From: Balanoglossus misakiensis
Lineage: Eukaryota; Animalia; Hemichordata
Assembly (NCBI GenBank): GCA_040954595.2
Contig: CM082584.2
Span: 9,005,146-9,069,145 of the forward strand
Length of the DNA stretch: 64,000 nucleotides
Reading direction: 5' to 3'
Part shown: positions 43,201 through 64,000 of the stretch, in pieces
Position numbering within the stretch: position 1 is the first letter of the stretch
Layout of the letters: each line of letters opens with the position of its first letter
The notes under the pieces: model-generated
What the model was told of the DNA's origin: nothing
Seen by the model: only the letters and a program-made list of their open reading frames with translations
The model's database searches: none
Translations under genes and position numbers: made by a program

Positions 43201-45800
43201 GAATGCGTTTGAATAAAACGGGACAAAAGAATAAGCCTGTGTGTTCTGCCAGCAGTGGTCTTTTATTGCTCAAAGTTCGGCCCCCCTTTTGTGACCTTAC
43301 AATAGGTGCCCATGAATCAAAGTGAGCGATTTGTAAAGCTCAGCGAAGTTTGGACTCTTGGTGGTAAGTGACTGCACCTTCATGGGACACTAGTTTCTTT
43401 ATGGGCCGTGAAATTTTTATCTTGACATGAACATTCCAAAACCTTGGCCGACTGATATTGTAAGCTCCTCTGGCAGTGCCAAATAGGTATACAATAAATT
43501 TATTTGTGCTTAGAAACATTGGTATTAGAGCTAGCTGTGATTGGTTTTGGACAATTCCTGACATAAATAGAATGAATTATGTACACAACATAAAACAATT
43601 TGAGGCTGGTTTCCGGGCAATACAAAGTCTATTGATGTGTGAGGAACTGAGAATAATTTTAAGATACACACACCAATTTGTATCATTAGGAATAGGGTTT
43701 GAAGAATCGTGGTTTGAGACTAAGTCTGACTTTCATTACCAGTGCGAAAGTTTTTTGAGTTTTTGTAATGAAAAAGTTGAATTCTGTGTTCCAACTATCA
43801 TACACAAAGCAAAATGGCTCATTACAAGTTATGAAAAGTGGTGTCAAATCTTACCTGTGCACGTTTCTTCTCCCACTGGTCTTTGTAAAGTAAATGTGGT
43901 AACGCGGCCATTCTGGCCACCTCATAGGCTCTGGCCCAGCCTGGACCTGATGATCTCTCCAATACTGCACCGTGGCTGAATCCTCCAACCCGGACGTCAT
44001 ACACTCCTGGTCCTCTACGTCGATTCTGATGTGACAATACAATTTCTTTTAAATTACAAACTATACTTAATTCAGGTGGGTTTTTTTATTTGCAAATCTT
44101 ATTGAGTATCCTTGTTATCTTAATAACAAAACAATTCTAATTAACACAAACATGGTAATTACTGATAAGTAGAACATCAACAAATGCAGATTTAGATTGA
44201 AGTGTGCAACTTTGGGTTTTGTAAATTTTGCTTTGGCCTTACCTAGCCATACTCACCAGTTCATCCATTGATTTCGTACAGTAGGGCACTTCGGTGAATG
44301 TTCCTGGCATTTTGCTTTTTGGATGCACACCAGAAATATCAAATCTGATAATGTACAGAGAAAGGGACAGAATAAGAAATTACTCACCACTCTTGGCGTT
44401 TTTTCTAACAAATACCGAAATAAATCGACCACTGGATAACAAACATATTTTGCATGTATTTTAATTTTAAAATATGTTTTTAGGGAGTCTGGAGAAATAA
44501 AAGCTAGAAAACTAATTTGTGATATTTGTCAAATATCACAAATTATCTAGAGGACGTTTCAAGAGCAAATGTGTAACTTTCCCATTTAATAAAACCTTTA
44601 TATATTCCTGGCATGTACGCAATTAATTCAGCAAAGGTATTGTGAACATTGAAATCCACATTTATCCAATTTATGTCTATCTAAAAATATACTGGCGCAC
44701 AATACATACACCCCCATAGAATATTGTAGCAATTTCCTCTACATTAGAATTGTGATAAAACACCGCCAGCTATTCAAAAGACATTGAGAAAAAGCTTTTT
44801 CTCAAATCTCATTTGAATAACTCGACAAATTGAGAGCTAGAATACTTCACCAGATGAATAATGTATATATTTCCTGTTTTTACAAAACTGTTACTTATTC
44901 AAACAGAAACGTTACTTCTGACTAGCAACCATTACTTTAATATGCCAGTCATGTCTGAAGTGCCTCGACTTTGGACTTTTATGCAATGTCATGTAATAGT
45001 GTATACGCCATCAATAAAAAAAAAAAACATTTGTTCATCAATCAACACAATGCAAAACTCAAGTTGAAGGATCACAAATATGCTTACTGACAACTCAAGA
45101 TTTTTAGCTGTCAATTTGAGCACTTTTCCTATAAAATCCACAAACATATGCGCAAAATATACATCTGAGAGAAATGCGATTTCCCGAGATTTGCGGTACA
45201 TTTTGTAAATCCTTGGGCATCGGTTTCGTGTGATAAAAAATGTGTTGTCGTTTACGCGTATAGTATCATGTTCGCGCCTTGTATCGACTGAAATATACTC
45301 TAGATCCCTTTCAGACGGTCTAATCATGAACCAATATGATCATTTATTTTAATTAAATACCAGACAAAGCGACGTGTGAATGGAATAGCGGGCTGTGTTT
45401 GTTGTTTCTATGCTAATAATGGCCATGGCCACGAAGTTGTCAGTTTCAGCGATCGCCACCGCCAACGCGCCGCGACATGGCAATAAACACTGCCACAGTC
45501 TGATCGCGGTTCAAGTAACATCGATCACTGTTTTTTTTATTAATATTAAATGTATGAACGGAATATCCTGCCCTAGGCAATTCTTGCTCGCCCTGGTGTT
45601 TGAGACTGACACTGACAAAGCGTTTTTATTACGACAGTTATTAGGTGTCAATAACAAATTGTCACGTTGAAGCCATTTTGTGTCGGTTTCATACAATGAG
45701 CGCGCTGAACAGGTGGTAGTGTGGGGCGCGCGCCGAGAACTTACCTTGATTTCTGTGTGCCGAACGGGGCGCCCGCGAACTTCTTTGTCGCGGCCGACAT
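40251..45800 (-). CDS. CIMAP2: Ciliary microtubule-associated protein 2 (LEXM/C1orf177; PGPGxY-repeat family), 10 exons
   Basis: Minus-strand exons splice to [40 protein letters not shown]..., GWARAYEVARMAALPHLLYK and repeated GPGxY motifs (GPGVY, GPGSY, PGPGTY, GPGTY, GPGQY, PGPGNY). Stop TAG at 40251-40253. The N-terminus matches LEXM GAPFG..RFD..FTEAPY. Confidence 0.85.
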
Positions 45801-46781
45801 TGTGTATTGGGTTTGTGTATCCAAAAATTACCAAACTTCCAAGTTATTTCACCATTCGAGTTGATCGGTAGCTCATTCTAATGCAGGAAATCTGTATCTG
45901 AGTGTTCGATAAATTGACTTTGTAAACACTGAGCGTCTCGACAATGGCGGACCGCGTTGATGGTAGTCATAGAGACGACATTTGCATATTGACAAGGCCC
46001 TGGGGAACGCGACGTCGCCAACACAGACGTGCTCCGGAATCAACTTTTAACTGTTTAAACGTAGTTTTATGCCTCGCAAGCTTTAAGCAAAGTGATTGCA
46101 ATAGCATTATATTGCTGCTTTTAATTTTGAGATAGACTTTTTCAACCTTGTGATGTGGTACCACCCGTGAAAAACTTTTAAAGGAGAAGACACCAGTACC
46201 ACTGCACCAGGCTAAGCCTCATCAGTGCTCACAATTATTTTATTTTTGCTAAAATTAGTCACATGATAGGAAAATAGAGTGATTATTTCCAGCTCCCATG
46301 GGGAATAGCCCATTAAGTATTACCCGCTCGTGTGACTAAAGAGAGTTCATACCAGGACGATCATCTTCTGGCAAAACGATGCATGTCAGGGGAGTCCGTG
46401 TCTATCAGACCTCTAGAGAAAAGAGCGACATTTCTCCTTCTGGGAACAGGAACTTCAACAATATGTGGATATCAAATATTCTAGGAACACCAAGTATCTT
46501 GCTGTCAAAAAGTCGGTGTCGGTTGTTTACTTTTCATCAAATGCTATCCAAAATTGAGTGCAACACTATATCATCACAGCGCTAGCCACCGACCCACCCT
46601 CTTGACGCGCGCCACCTAAGGTACGCGCGCGCGCCACCCATGGGCCATACGAGTTGATTGGCTAATCCGTCGCGTCGTGGCGCTAGACATCCTAATTGTT
46701 TACAAGTTAAGTAACTGCAACTGTCGCTGTACTTTGGTGGAGGATAAGTCGTGTCGAGTCAGTCCCACTTCTCCTGGCACC
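45801..46781. promoter_or_regulatory. Divergent (head-to-head) promoter region shared by CIMAP2 and DPYD
   Basis: The two ATGs are ~980 bp apart on opposite strands. CpG-rich patches lie at ~45680-46030 and ~46580-46690 (gcgcgc runs). There is a YY1-like ATGGCGG at 45944 and an ATTGG (CCAAT box) at 46657. Confidence 0.6.
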
Positions 46782-55153
<8,372 letters not shown>

Positions 55154-56666
55154 GCGATTAGCGTTGTCTTTAAAATCTGAGGTGTTGCTCAAGTTCGGGG
55201 TGAAGGGCATTAGCTGTGAATGAATGGCAGTTTGTTTTGTACAACGACAGCTGCCTGAAACCCTGATGTGAAATTACGCACACGTTGAGAAGAAATTGAA
55301 TGTAGTTTGAAAAATATATGTACAATTATATTTTAGGTCTTATATTAGCTGAGGTTGTATACTAATTAATCAAATTTAATGTCCAATATTTTCCGAAAAA
55401 CTATGTAGTGTAGGACAGTTTTGAGGTGAATGCAGTGTTGTTGGGGGTTAGTTGCGTTAAAGATTCTCATATTTTTAATCATGGTAGACTAACATACTGT
55501 AGGGCTTCCTGTATTGTCAGTCAATTAGGGAAAGATTATAACTGCTTGCATTACATGTATTGATTTTGGTCTCAAATTTGAGAGACGGGGTGGGATAGAG
55601 GAAGGACTTCACCGTCAGTGGATGGTATGTTTGGTACCATGTTTGGCAAGGATACTTTCTTTTTCAGTCCTGTACCATCTCTTTTCAATGTAACAGGTAA
55701 AAAGTGTGAATAAGATATCATGTCTTCCCAATAAATGAAATGGTGTTAATGTACATGTATGTGTTTATAAGTGACAACCAATACACCCCTTTTTTAATAA
55801 GTCTAGTGCCCTCCAAAAATCATGTTTTAAAATGCTTCATTATTTCTGGTTGAAATGTTTGTATAGACAAGTCATACTGAAGTAACATCCTCTGGCCTTC
55901 CAATCGCCTTTTATGACGCTATTGACATAGTGGATCCATGTGTGGTATTTCTCACATTCCTCTGCCAAGAAACCACACGGTAAACTACTCACTTTTTTAT
56001 GACCTTTCCTCTGGCCGTCACTGCAGAAAAATAACCAGGGCCGCGCTTCAGTATCTACCAAATCTGCTAGAAACAAAAAAAAAACATCCTAGAAGGGGGT
56101 ATATACATAACGATCTTCTAGAATTAATTCACAGGTAAGTAAATTTTCTGGTTATTGTTGAACTTCATAAAGTATTTTTTTTCGTGTGGCCAATTTTTTT
56201 CCAGCACAGTATGCTCTCCATGTACGTTGACGTTGGCATTCCGTACATACTGCATTTTGCGGGCAACGCCTAAGACATACGCACATAGCAGACTTGGAAC
56301 CAAAAAACGACTTGTTTCCTATATATTCTGTATCGATCACTTTTGCTCATAATGTTAAGAAGGTCGCATTTAATTCCATCCCACTAAGTCTATCGAAGAA
56401 ATTTTGCCTCCCCATCTGTTGGTAAAACAAACTTTGTTTCTTGACTACATGTACATGGTGAACGAGTTTTGTCAAAACTTTTTCCTTTATTAAGTATAAC
56501 TATGGTTGGTTTCTTCCGACTTTATTTCAAACAATCGATGAAAGAGCCGGCCTATACGGGTTAATTAATTAAATTTCTTAAGATGTAACCCTTTAGTTTG
56601 AATCATAATATTCACATTCAATTGACATTATATCTTGACAGGCGGTGCTGATTGAAGCAAGTGAAG

Positions 56667-57254
56667 ATGTCACACCAATCACTGTCAATCATTATTGGTC
56701 TGCTGTTGCTCATCGCTGCAGCTTCCAGAAGCTCTGGCAGTCGCTGTGAGCCTTTGACCATTCCCATGTGCAAGGACCTGGGGATTTACAACGGAACACT
56801 CAACGACACTCAAGAAGAAGCGGGACTGCTAATCCAATCGTTTGCCCCGTTGGTTCAGTTCGGGTGTTCGCCCTACTTGAAACTTTTCCTGTGTTTGGTG
56901 TACGCGCCGCAGTGCCGTTTCCGAGCTGACACTGCTACCTACAGCGTCCTCCCACCGTGCCGTTCGCTTTGCCTGGCCGTGAGAACGAGCTGTTCTGGTG
57001 TGTTAAACGAATTTGGTTTCCCCTGGCCGGATAGTCTGAAGTGCCGGAGATTTCCGAAAAATTCAAGCGAGGAGCCTTGTTTCGAGGTCGATGTTGAAAA
57101 ACCAACCACCCCAGAAGTACGCGCGACCCAAGAAGCGCAGACAGCTTCGATGCACGAGGCACTTACAAGCATCCCTGAGAATTTACCTGGCATAGAGGGT
57201 AGTAGCACCAAACAGACATGCAACTGTCAGTGTGAATGCACAATAAATCCATAA
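56667..57254 (+). CDS. Secreted Frizzled cysteine-rich-domain-only protein (sFRP/Fz-CRD-like, 195 aa)
   Basis: Hydrophobic signal peptide (SLSIIIGLLLLIAAA), then a 10-Cys Fz CRD (CEPLTIPMC...TQEEAG...FAPLV..GCSP.LKLFLC..YAP.C...PPCRSLC...C...FGFPWPDSLKC..FP...C), a Thr/Glu-rich linker and a CNCQCEC tail. No transmembrane or NTR domain. The CDS is intronless; a 5'-UTR intron runs from gtaagt at 56135 to cag at 56641. Confidence 0.85.
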   Translation: MSHQSLSIIIGLLLLIAAASRSSGSRCEPLTIPMCKDLGIYNGTLNDTQEEAGLLIQSFAPLVQFGCSPYLKLFLCLVYAPQCRFRADTATYSVLPPCRSLCLAVRTSCSGVLNEFGFPWPDSLKCRRFPKNSSEEPCFEVDVEKPTTPEVRATQEAQTASMHEALTSIPENLPGIEGSSTKQTCNCQCECTINP

Positions 57255-57730
57255 AAGTAAACTCCGTGGATTAAAAAAATGTTCTGTTGATATAAAACTT
57301 GAACAATACTATATGTGTGTCATATTCCAAACTTTCGTAGCGTTAATACTGTTTTATCAAAATTTCAGCGTGAATCAACTTGGGTAGACTATTGTCAAGA
57401 TTCAATTCTATAATTTTTACGGTTTATTTTAAGTACAAATGTAGGCCTAAATGTGACATATTATTTTTCTTTAAGTGTAAGCGTAAAGATTGAACCAACT
57501 TTACAGATTGTTTGGCATGTAGTAGTTTAGAGGGAAATGACTGTAAAACATTTTCGGCTGTAGGCCCACCTACGTCTATTAGTTTGGACAATTTTGTGTT
57601 CAGTACGTGTATTATTGAAATAAAAACACTTATTTGAGTCGGAATATTCTACTATTTTATTCAGTCTATGACGAAATTTGCCAAGGTGACTTGGAGGGCG
57701 CTGTCTGCGCGCTTTCGCGGCGCATGCAGT

Positions 57731-57743
57731 TGACCTTTGACCT
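57731..57743 (-). promoter_or_regulatory. Perfect DR1 element in the CpG-rich SNRPA1 promoter
   Basis: TGACCT-T-TGACCT (AGGTCA-A-AGGTCA on the minus strand); motif match only. Confidence 0.35.
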
Positions 57744-57962
57744 TGCTTACTCGTGCTCGCTTAGCGTCAAACGACAAGGTTGTGTTTGTGTACGATAGTG
57801 CAAGTGAATTTTGGCGACTCCTTCTCATATAATTCGAAATTCAACTTCACTTTCGACATTTGCTCACCACAGGAGACAGAAAAAGCGTTTAACGTCAAAA
57901 AGTATAATTATTTGATCCTGAACCGTCGCAGAAACGCCACGGTTTAGATCTGTACAACTACA

Positions 57963-60917
57963 ATGGTGAAACTGACGCCAGAGCTCGTTCAGAATTCGGC
58001 ACAGTACATAAATGCTGTGAGGGACAGAGAGTTGGATTTGAGAGGTAAGACATTGTAACCACGTTTTGGAACTGTATCTGTAGTGGTGCTCTTAGTGGGA
58101 CTTTGTTGAAGTCGAAAATACATAACATCGTTTACTTCCAAGTTCCAATGGACTGGCGTGCGTGGTACATGTGCACTGCAGTTCGATTGTAGGGTTAGGG
58201 ATTTCGGTAACTCGAGTGGAGGTACAGAGCAGAGGTGTAAAGTGTGTGGGGTATGGATAATGGAATCTGCCTGAATCTGCTGTCAGTGAGTCATAGGTAC
58301 ATGTTCTAACCCAGAGACATTCTCTTGATGGGGAGAATTTGAAACTTCTGCCATTGGGGACATATGATGGTACATAAAAAGATATTGTCCATTTCGAAAT
58401 GTGTCGATGATGATGTGGGAATATTATAATACCATTCATTAGATGCTGTAATCACTGCCTAATGGTTAACTTTCTTCTTAATAGGCTACAAAATTCCAGT
58501 CATAGAAAACCTAGGTGCCACATTGGTAAGTTGATAACAGATTAAGTGATGAATCTCCAGCGGATGCATAAATGACATAATGCAGTTACAACTTAGTTGT
58601 TTAGTATGAATTTGCAGTTAATAATTGTCTTACAGTCGAGTTATCTGGACAACAAACTGAAAATTCCTAAAATAGTGCTCATATTTAGTGAAAAAGTGTC
58701 ATGACACCCAATCACCATACACTCTGCAGGACCAGTTCGACTGTATAGACCTATCAGATAATGACATCAGAAAAGTGGACGGGTTTCCATTATTGAAAAG
58801 ACTCAGGTGTATACTTTTAAACAACAACAGAGTTTGGTAAGTACCAAGTAGCAATTTATTTTTTTCAGGACTTGTTACATTATGTAGGCATGAGATGAGT
58901 GTTTATTGTGGTATTTAAGACACACTGAAGTCAAATATGACGTTTTCAATGTGTGATTATAGAAACTTCCACTTCTTAACTTTGATTAATGATAAACTTA
59001 AATTAATTGTAATCACATTATCTTTTAAATAATATCTTTGTATATGGTCAGTCGCTTTGCTGAAAACCTGGAAGAATGTCTGCCCAAACTAGAAGAATTA
59101 ATTCTGACAAACAACAGTGTACAAGAGTTGGTAAGTGATTTAGTATTATAGTACTACTGATATTTTGTTGTTTAGGTGATGGCCACTGTGTATTGTAAGT
59201 GTGAAGTTAAAAGTAACCCTTTCTGTTATTGAAGTCTATACTGTGTAGAAATTGCTTGTTCAGTTAATTTTGATATTTTTGTCTCTTTTGTCAATAACAG
59301 GGGGATCTTGATGTACTTGCCTCCATCAAATCATTAAGAGTGCTCAGGTAAGACCTTCAGAATGTTTCAAAATCATACCACAGAAGAAGATATGTCATGA
59401 TTTTGTAATACTGACAGATCTGCATTGACAATAATTTTCATCTGCATCTTCTCTCACCTATAGTCTTCTCAGGAATCCGGTAGCTAGTAAAAGGCATTAC
59501 CGGTTGTATGTCATCAACAAAATACCACAGTTACAGTTGTTGGACTTCCAGAAGATCAGATTAAAGGTAACAATACCTTTCAAGATACATATATGTTCGT
59601 CCATGCTTTCTGATCAGATCTGCAAGCGAATTGACAGTACATGTACTGAAAACTTTGTGGTCAAATACAATGGCAATGAATTGTGCTGCTTGGTGTTTTG
59701 TTTTGTAGGAAAGGGAACAAGCCAAGAAACTTTTCAAAGGACAAAAGGGGCAGCAGCTGGTCAGTGACCTCGGCAAACGATCCAAAACGTGAGTATTTGT
59801 GGGTAGAATCGAGTTTGTTTTGGGTTGGAAGGGATGCCAACAGAGTTTGTTTTCTATTAGATTCACAATGTCATTGTTAAATGTGCTACCAAATTAATAT
59901 GCTGACAATATGTGTTCATTATCATTTATTAAACAAAAAACAGGTTCATACCAGGAGCTGGTCTCACTGCAGCAGAAAAGAAAAGTGGACCAAGCCCTGA
60001 AGATATAGCAGCAATCAGGGTAAGCCATCACATCAAATCTTACACTTTGCTATTCTAGATCCAAAACCTGTAATTCAGTAAAGGTTCATTATGCTTTTTA
60101 GGTCCCATTTGGTATATGTATATATAAATATTTTATTCTGACTCCTTTATTCACAGGAAGCCATTGCTAATGCCCAAACGTTGGAAGAAGCTGAAAGGCT
60201 TTCTCAGATTCTACGAACTGGACAGATACCAGGCAGAGAAAAGAAACGACCGGACTCGTCAGGTAGGATAAAATAATGCCAATTTGAAGTACATGTACCA
60301 TTATTTGGCATGATTTATATTTGTCAAGCTGCAATATAAAGACTAGAGTAGAAACAAAATATATGCATCCAACATAGAGATACACATGATGAATTATTGT
60401 TTTAATGATTTTTAAATTCTACTATGGGAGCTGCAGTGTCATTGACGCTATTTTTGAATTTGACATACTGTACTCACAATATTGATACAGCTGTAGTTTC
60501 TATGTGCAGGAGAGTTCTGGGAGGCTGCTATATCCAACACTCAGGTAACAGGCTACACTATGAAGTGAGCATCACTGAATGGGACAATTTGTTCAGAGAT
60601 CGTGAATGGTGTGATGCTATGGCTTCATCAGTGACTCGTCTGTCATTTTACTTCAAACGCATGTGGAAAGGGTCCATCTCAGCCTCCGATTTAACTAAGA
60701 CTTACCGACTTAACAACAAAAACTTCACCAATGAAAAAGATAATTAGGATCAATCATTTCCTTGTACACTGCAATTAGGCTATAATGATGAACAAGCCAA
60801 CTGCGTTGATTATGGCTGCATTTTGTCTGAAACAAGCAATTCAGCATCTATATCTTTTTTTATGATTTTTTAGGTGCCGTGGGCGGACCTGAAATTGAGG
60901 AAATGGACGAAGATTGA
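57963..60917 (+). CDS. SNRPA1: U2 small nuclear ribonucleoprotein A' (LRR protein), 10 exons
   Basis: MVKLTPELVQNSAQYINAVRDRELDLRGYKIPVIENLGATLDQFDCIDLSDNDIRKVDGFPLLKRL..., LLRNPV...HYRLYVINKIPQLQLLDFQKI, EAIANAQTLEEAERL...GQIPG. Last exon GAVGGPEIEEMDED*. Confidence 0.96.
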
Positions 60918-62054
60918 AGAGGGTACCAATCATGTCAATATTGTTTTTAATTTATACCATGGTTCAAAAAAAGAACTAGCTGTGTTCATTTTTCCAAGTT
61001 CAGATATTTTGTGGCGGAGTTAAGAACAGATACAAACACTGCTACTACACTGTGAAAGTTCATATCGATATATTACATGAACCATGATGTATGTAATATG
61101 CATAGATACTTCAGTTCTTTTGTTTTTCGTTGCCAAAAACGGTTGAATTCTTGGATGTCGGACTTTTCATCCAGGATGTCCCTGTATTTTTTGGCATTTT
61201 TTTCAGTATTTGTGTTCTTTATATTACCTGTAATTTCTTGTTTGACTTTCTAAAGCATAATGAAATACCCATTTGATATATTTTCAAGCCTTGTCAACTG
61301 TTTGCAGAAATATGAAGGCAAGGTTGTGTTGGCAAATTGAATCCTGGATATCTCTGTGTGTTTTAGGAAGTCGGATAAGAAAATGTAGTTGAGAGACTGA
61401 AGGAAACAGCTGAAAATAATAATCGGACATTACAACCCTTGTCAAGCGCTCTGCTTTTCAACAAAAATTTTTTTGTGTCACAGGTATTTTTGCTGAATTA
61501 AGAACAGGTATACAGATACTGGTTACTACTATTGGGTTCAGAGAAGCGATGAAGTGTCTTAACAGACACCAAAATGATTTTCATTTGGTGCTGATTTGAG
61601 AATTTGCCAGTACTTGCAAGTGTCAGTACACAGTCATTTGTGAAATGATATGTACCGACTCTTGATGTGTTGAATGCTATAGAGAGATGAACTGCAAGTG
61701 ATGTACCTGAAATATTGCATATTCTCGAGGGAAATAACTTCACACATTCATACGTAGCAAACCCTTTCCCCACATTAGAGCATAGTTATGTCACTGCACA
61801 TTTTCAGTTCCACAGTTGTTTTTGAATATTCTTTAACAATAAAAAATCAAAAGGGCAAATGTTTCCTAGTATTTTTAAGTCCAATTTATTTAGCATATAC
61901 ACTGTACATAAAATTAAATCACAAAATATACAGGGATGTTTCATTTTGACTTGTGTTGAAAGCTACATAATTTGACCAGTACCGCATAACAAAAACAATC
62001 TTTGTTTCATGTGAAATGACTATCTTTTTGCTGGTTAAGTAAATGGATGTTCCT

Positions 62055-64000
62055 TCACATTCCATCAGCTGCTGGGAGAGCTGGAAGAAAAAAAGAAAAG
62101 TGGATCAACATTTATCCAATAAATTGACACAATTGAACACAAGAACTGAGAAATATTTGCTTGCACTGTCCACAGTGAATTTCAAGGCTATACAAGATCC
62201 AATGTCATCAAAACTTACGTTTGGTTGCTAGGAGAGTGTTGCCATGGCTGCAAGACACCGATGTGACTGCAAATGGTTCTTCATCAAGAAAGTCGACCTG
62301 TTTGATGAGATGTGCTGGGTCATCCTTCCTTCCTAATCGTCCTCTGGCTGCTTTGCCCCATGAAAATACTTCACCATCTGTAATAACCAACCAAATTATT
62401 CCAGTCGACTGAATCCTGACCCCCTGGTGACCTATGACATCATTTGGTGTGACCTACCTGACCATGCAATATCTACAGGATCCTATAACCACAGCATATA
62501 TGAACTACAGTATGTATAACCCATTTCATCCTATGGCCACACTAGATATATCCTATCTAATCCTAAAACTATATTGAGTGTAACCTACCTGATCCTATGG
62601 CCACAGTAAATGTGTCCCCACAGGCCACACTTGTTATCTTGGTTCCTTCTGGTACATTCACTTTACCCGCTTGTCTGTTATTTGCACTCTGACTATGCCC
62701 CAGTTGATCAAACTGATTCGAACCAAATGTATAGCACTCCAAATCATCTAAAAGAAAAAAAAAGGTATCAACAATATGCTTATGTAATTTAACATCTGTG
62801 TGAGACGAATGGCACAAAGACAGTGAAAATGACATTGGAAAGAGATGGGCTCTGCTCAGCAATCCATCAAGCATCCCAGCTGTACGTATATGTACTTCGA
62901 CTCATCAGTTCAGAAACTAAAGACCACAATTATGTGACAATCCCCACCTGTGACGACAGCAGCGTGAGATGTTCCTATAGCAACCGACTTGATTGACAGT
63001 TTGCCAAGAGGGTCAGAGGTGACAGGTGTGAATGAGTGAATTTCTTCGGTTTGTCGTGATGAGCCGAGACCAGTGTTGTCCGATTCATCAAGGCCCAGTT
63101 TGTTGTACCTGTAGGAAACGAGACGACAAAGATTCAAATATCACAGGGATAAATTCACTAACCTTTTATCTTGTTTGTTGTTGGTGGTGATGGTGGAGAA
63201 GACACTCACCTGTTGCTTCCGCACACAAGTAATGATCCATCAGTGGCAACAAGCATAGAACAGTCCACTCCACAATGCACACTCTTAGCTTGGTACGGTT
63301 CTGGTATCATCACTGGCTGTGGTGAACTGTGAGACTCCTGACTGTTCAGTCCAAGTCGCCCTAAGCATGCAAGATAGACAAGTAAGAAAGTCACTCAACT
63401 TGTTTTATAGTCAGTTTCACAGCACCTTTGATCACTCAAAACTTTTCAGAGGTTAGGCATTCTTTTCCCATCATACTTAGCTATTATAAGCCATATTGCC
63501 CACACCATATATTAAAATTTTTGTAAGTTGTACAATCTCACCATTATCTCCTCTGCCCCATGAAAACACTTCATGGTCATTGGTGATTGCAATCACATGG
63601 GATGTACCACATGACACCAGCACTACTTCGAATCCCAGCAGAGCTTCTACGATCTTTGCTTGGGTGACGTCATGGTGATTGCCGTGTCCTAGGCAACCGT
63701 TTGCACCAGAGCCATAGGTCATAAGAATACCCCTATCTGAAAAAAAGACATTATAATAAAATGTGTTATACACTGCCAAAGAAACAGTCCCTGACAATCT
63801 CGGCTACAAACAAATAACACATCATTGATATGAAAAAACAGAATCCAATGGATGCCTCACACAATGTCTTACCTGTAAGGCAGGCAGTGAAAAGATCGCC
63901 ACAAGACACAAGTCTAATTGTAACACCAGACTGCCCTTCCAGGAATCGGGCAGAAAATGTCGGAATGTGTTGTTCGAATGCCCCCGGAAGTGTGTCACTA
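62055..64000 (-). CDS. NEK8: NEK8 kinase, C-terminal RCC1-repeat region (kinase domain lies beyond the window)
   Basis: RFLEGQSGVTIRLVSCGDLFTACLTDRGILMTYGSGANGCLGHG, IVEALLGFE, WGRGDNGRLGL, CGSNRYNKLGLD, WGKAARGRLGR and VTSVSCSHGNTLLA all match the NEK8 RCC1 domain. Last mini-exon PLPAADGM*. Confidence 0.92.

Noticed and set aside
43476-43979. 167 aa plus-strand ORF
   Set aside because: It is antisense to a CIMAP2 exon and intron, begins at GTG and has no recognisable domain.
45944-46135. 63 aa ORF starting MADRVDG with a good Kozak context
   Set aside because: No recognisable homology or downstream exons. The ATGGCGG is better explained as a YY1-like promoter motif.
60784-60830. C box (ATGATGA) and D box (CTGA) in the SNRPA1 intron as a C/D snoRNA
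   Set aside because: The boxes span only ~47 nt, there is no terminal stem, and I could not identify a convincing guide match to a known methylation site.

Overview
Gene-dense, intron-rich animal genomic DNA; protein similarity suggests a marine invertebrate, probably a deuterostome (inference). Exons were spliced by eye. Eight protein-coding genes are present: a 5'-truncated ABCA1/4/7-type lipid exporter (+, 9-28899), a divergent MCCC2-like carboxyltransferase (+), DMAP1 (+), CIMAP2/LEXM (-), DPYD (+), a small secreted Frizzled-CRD-only protein (+), SNRPA1/U2A' (+) and the 3' end of NEK8 (-). One ABCA intron holds an ~11.5 kb (CCAC/CCAT)n array with kb-scale higher-order duplications, which explains all of the giant His/Pro and Gly/Trp ORFs in the track. 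An ~85 bp hairpin MITE flanked by TTAA recurs in introns. The most interesting signals are: a duplicated two-exon module in ABCA extracellular domain 1; two in-frame cassette exons preceded by five UGCAUG motifs; an MCCC2 paralog whose biotin-side half looks degenerate; a CRD-only candidate Wnt binder with a TCF-motif cluster nearby; and a GC-AG first intron in DPYD.
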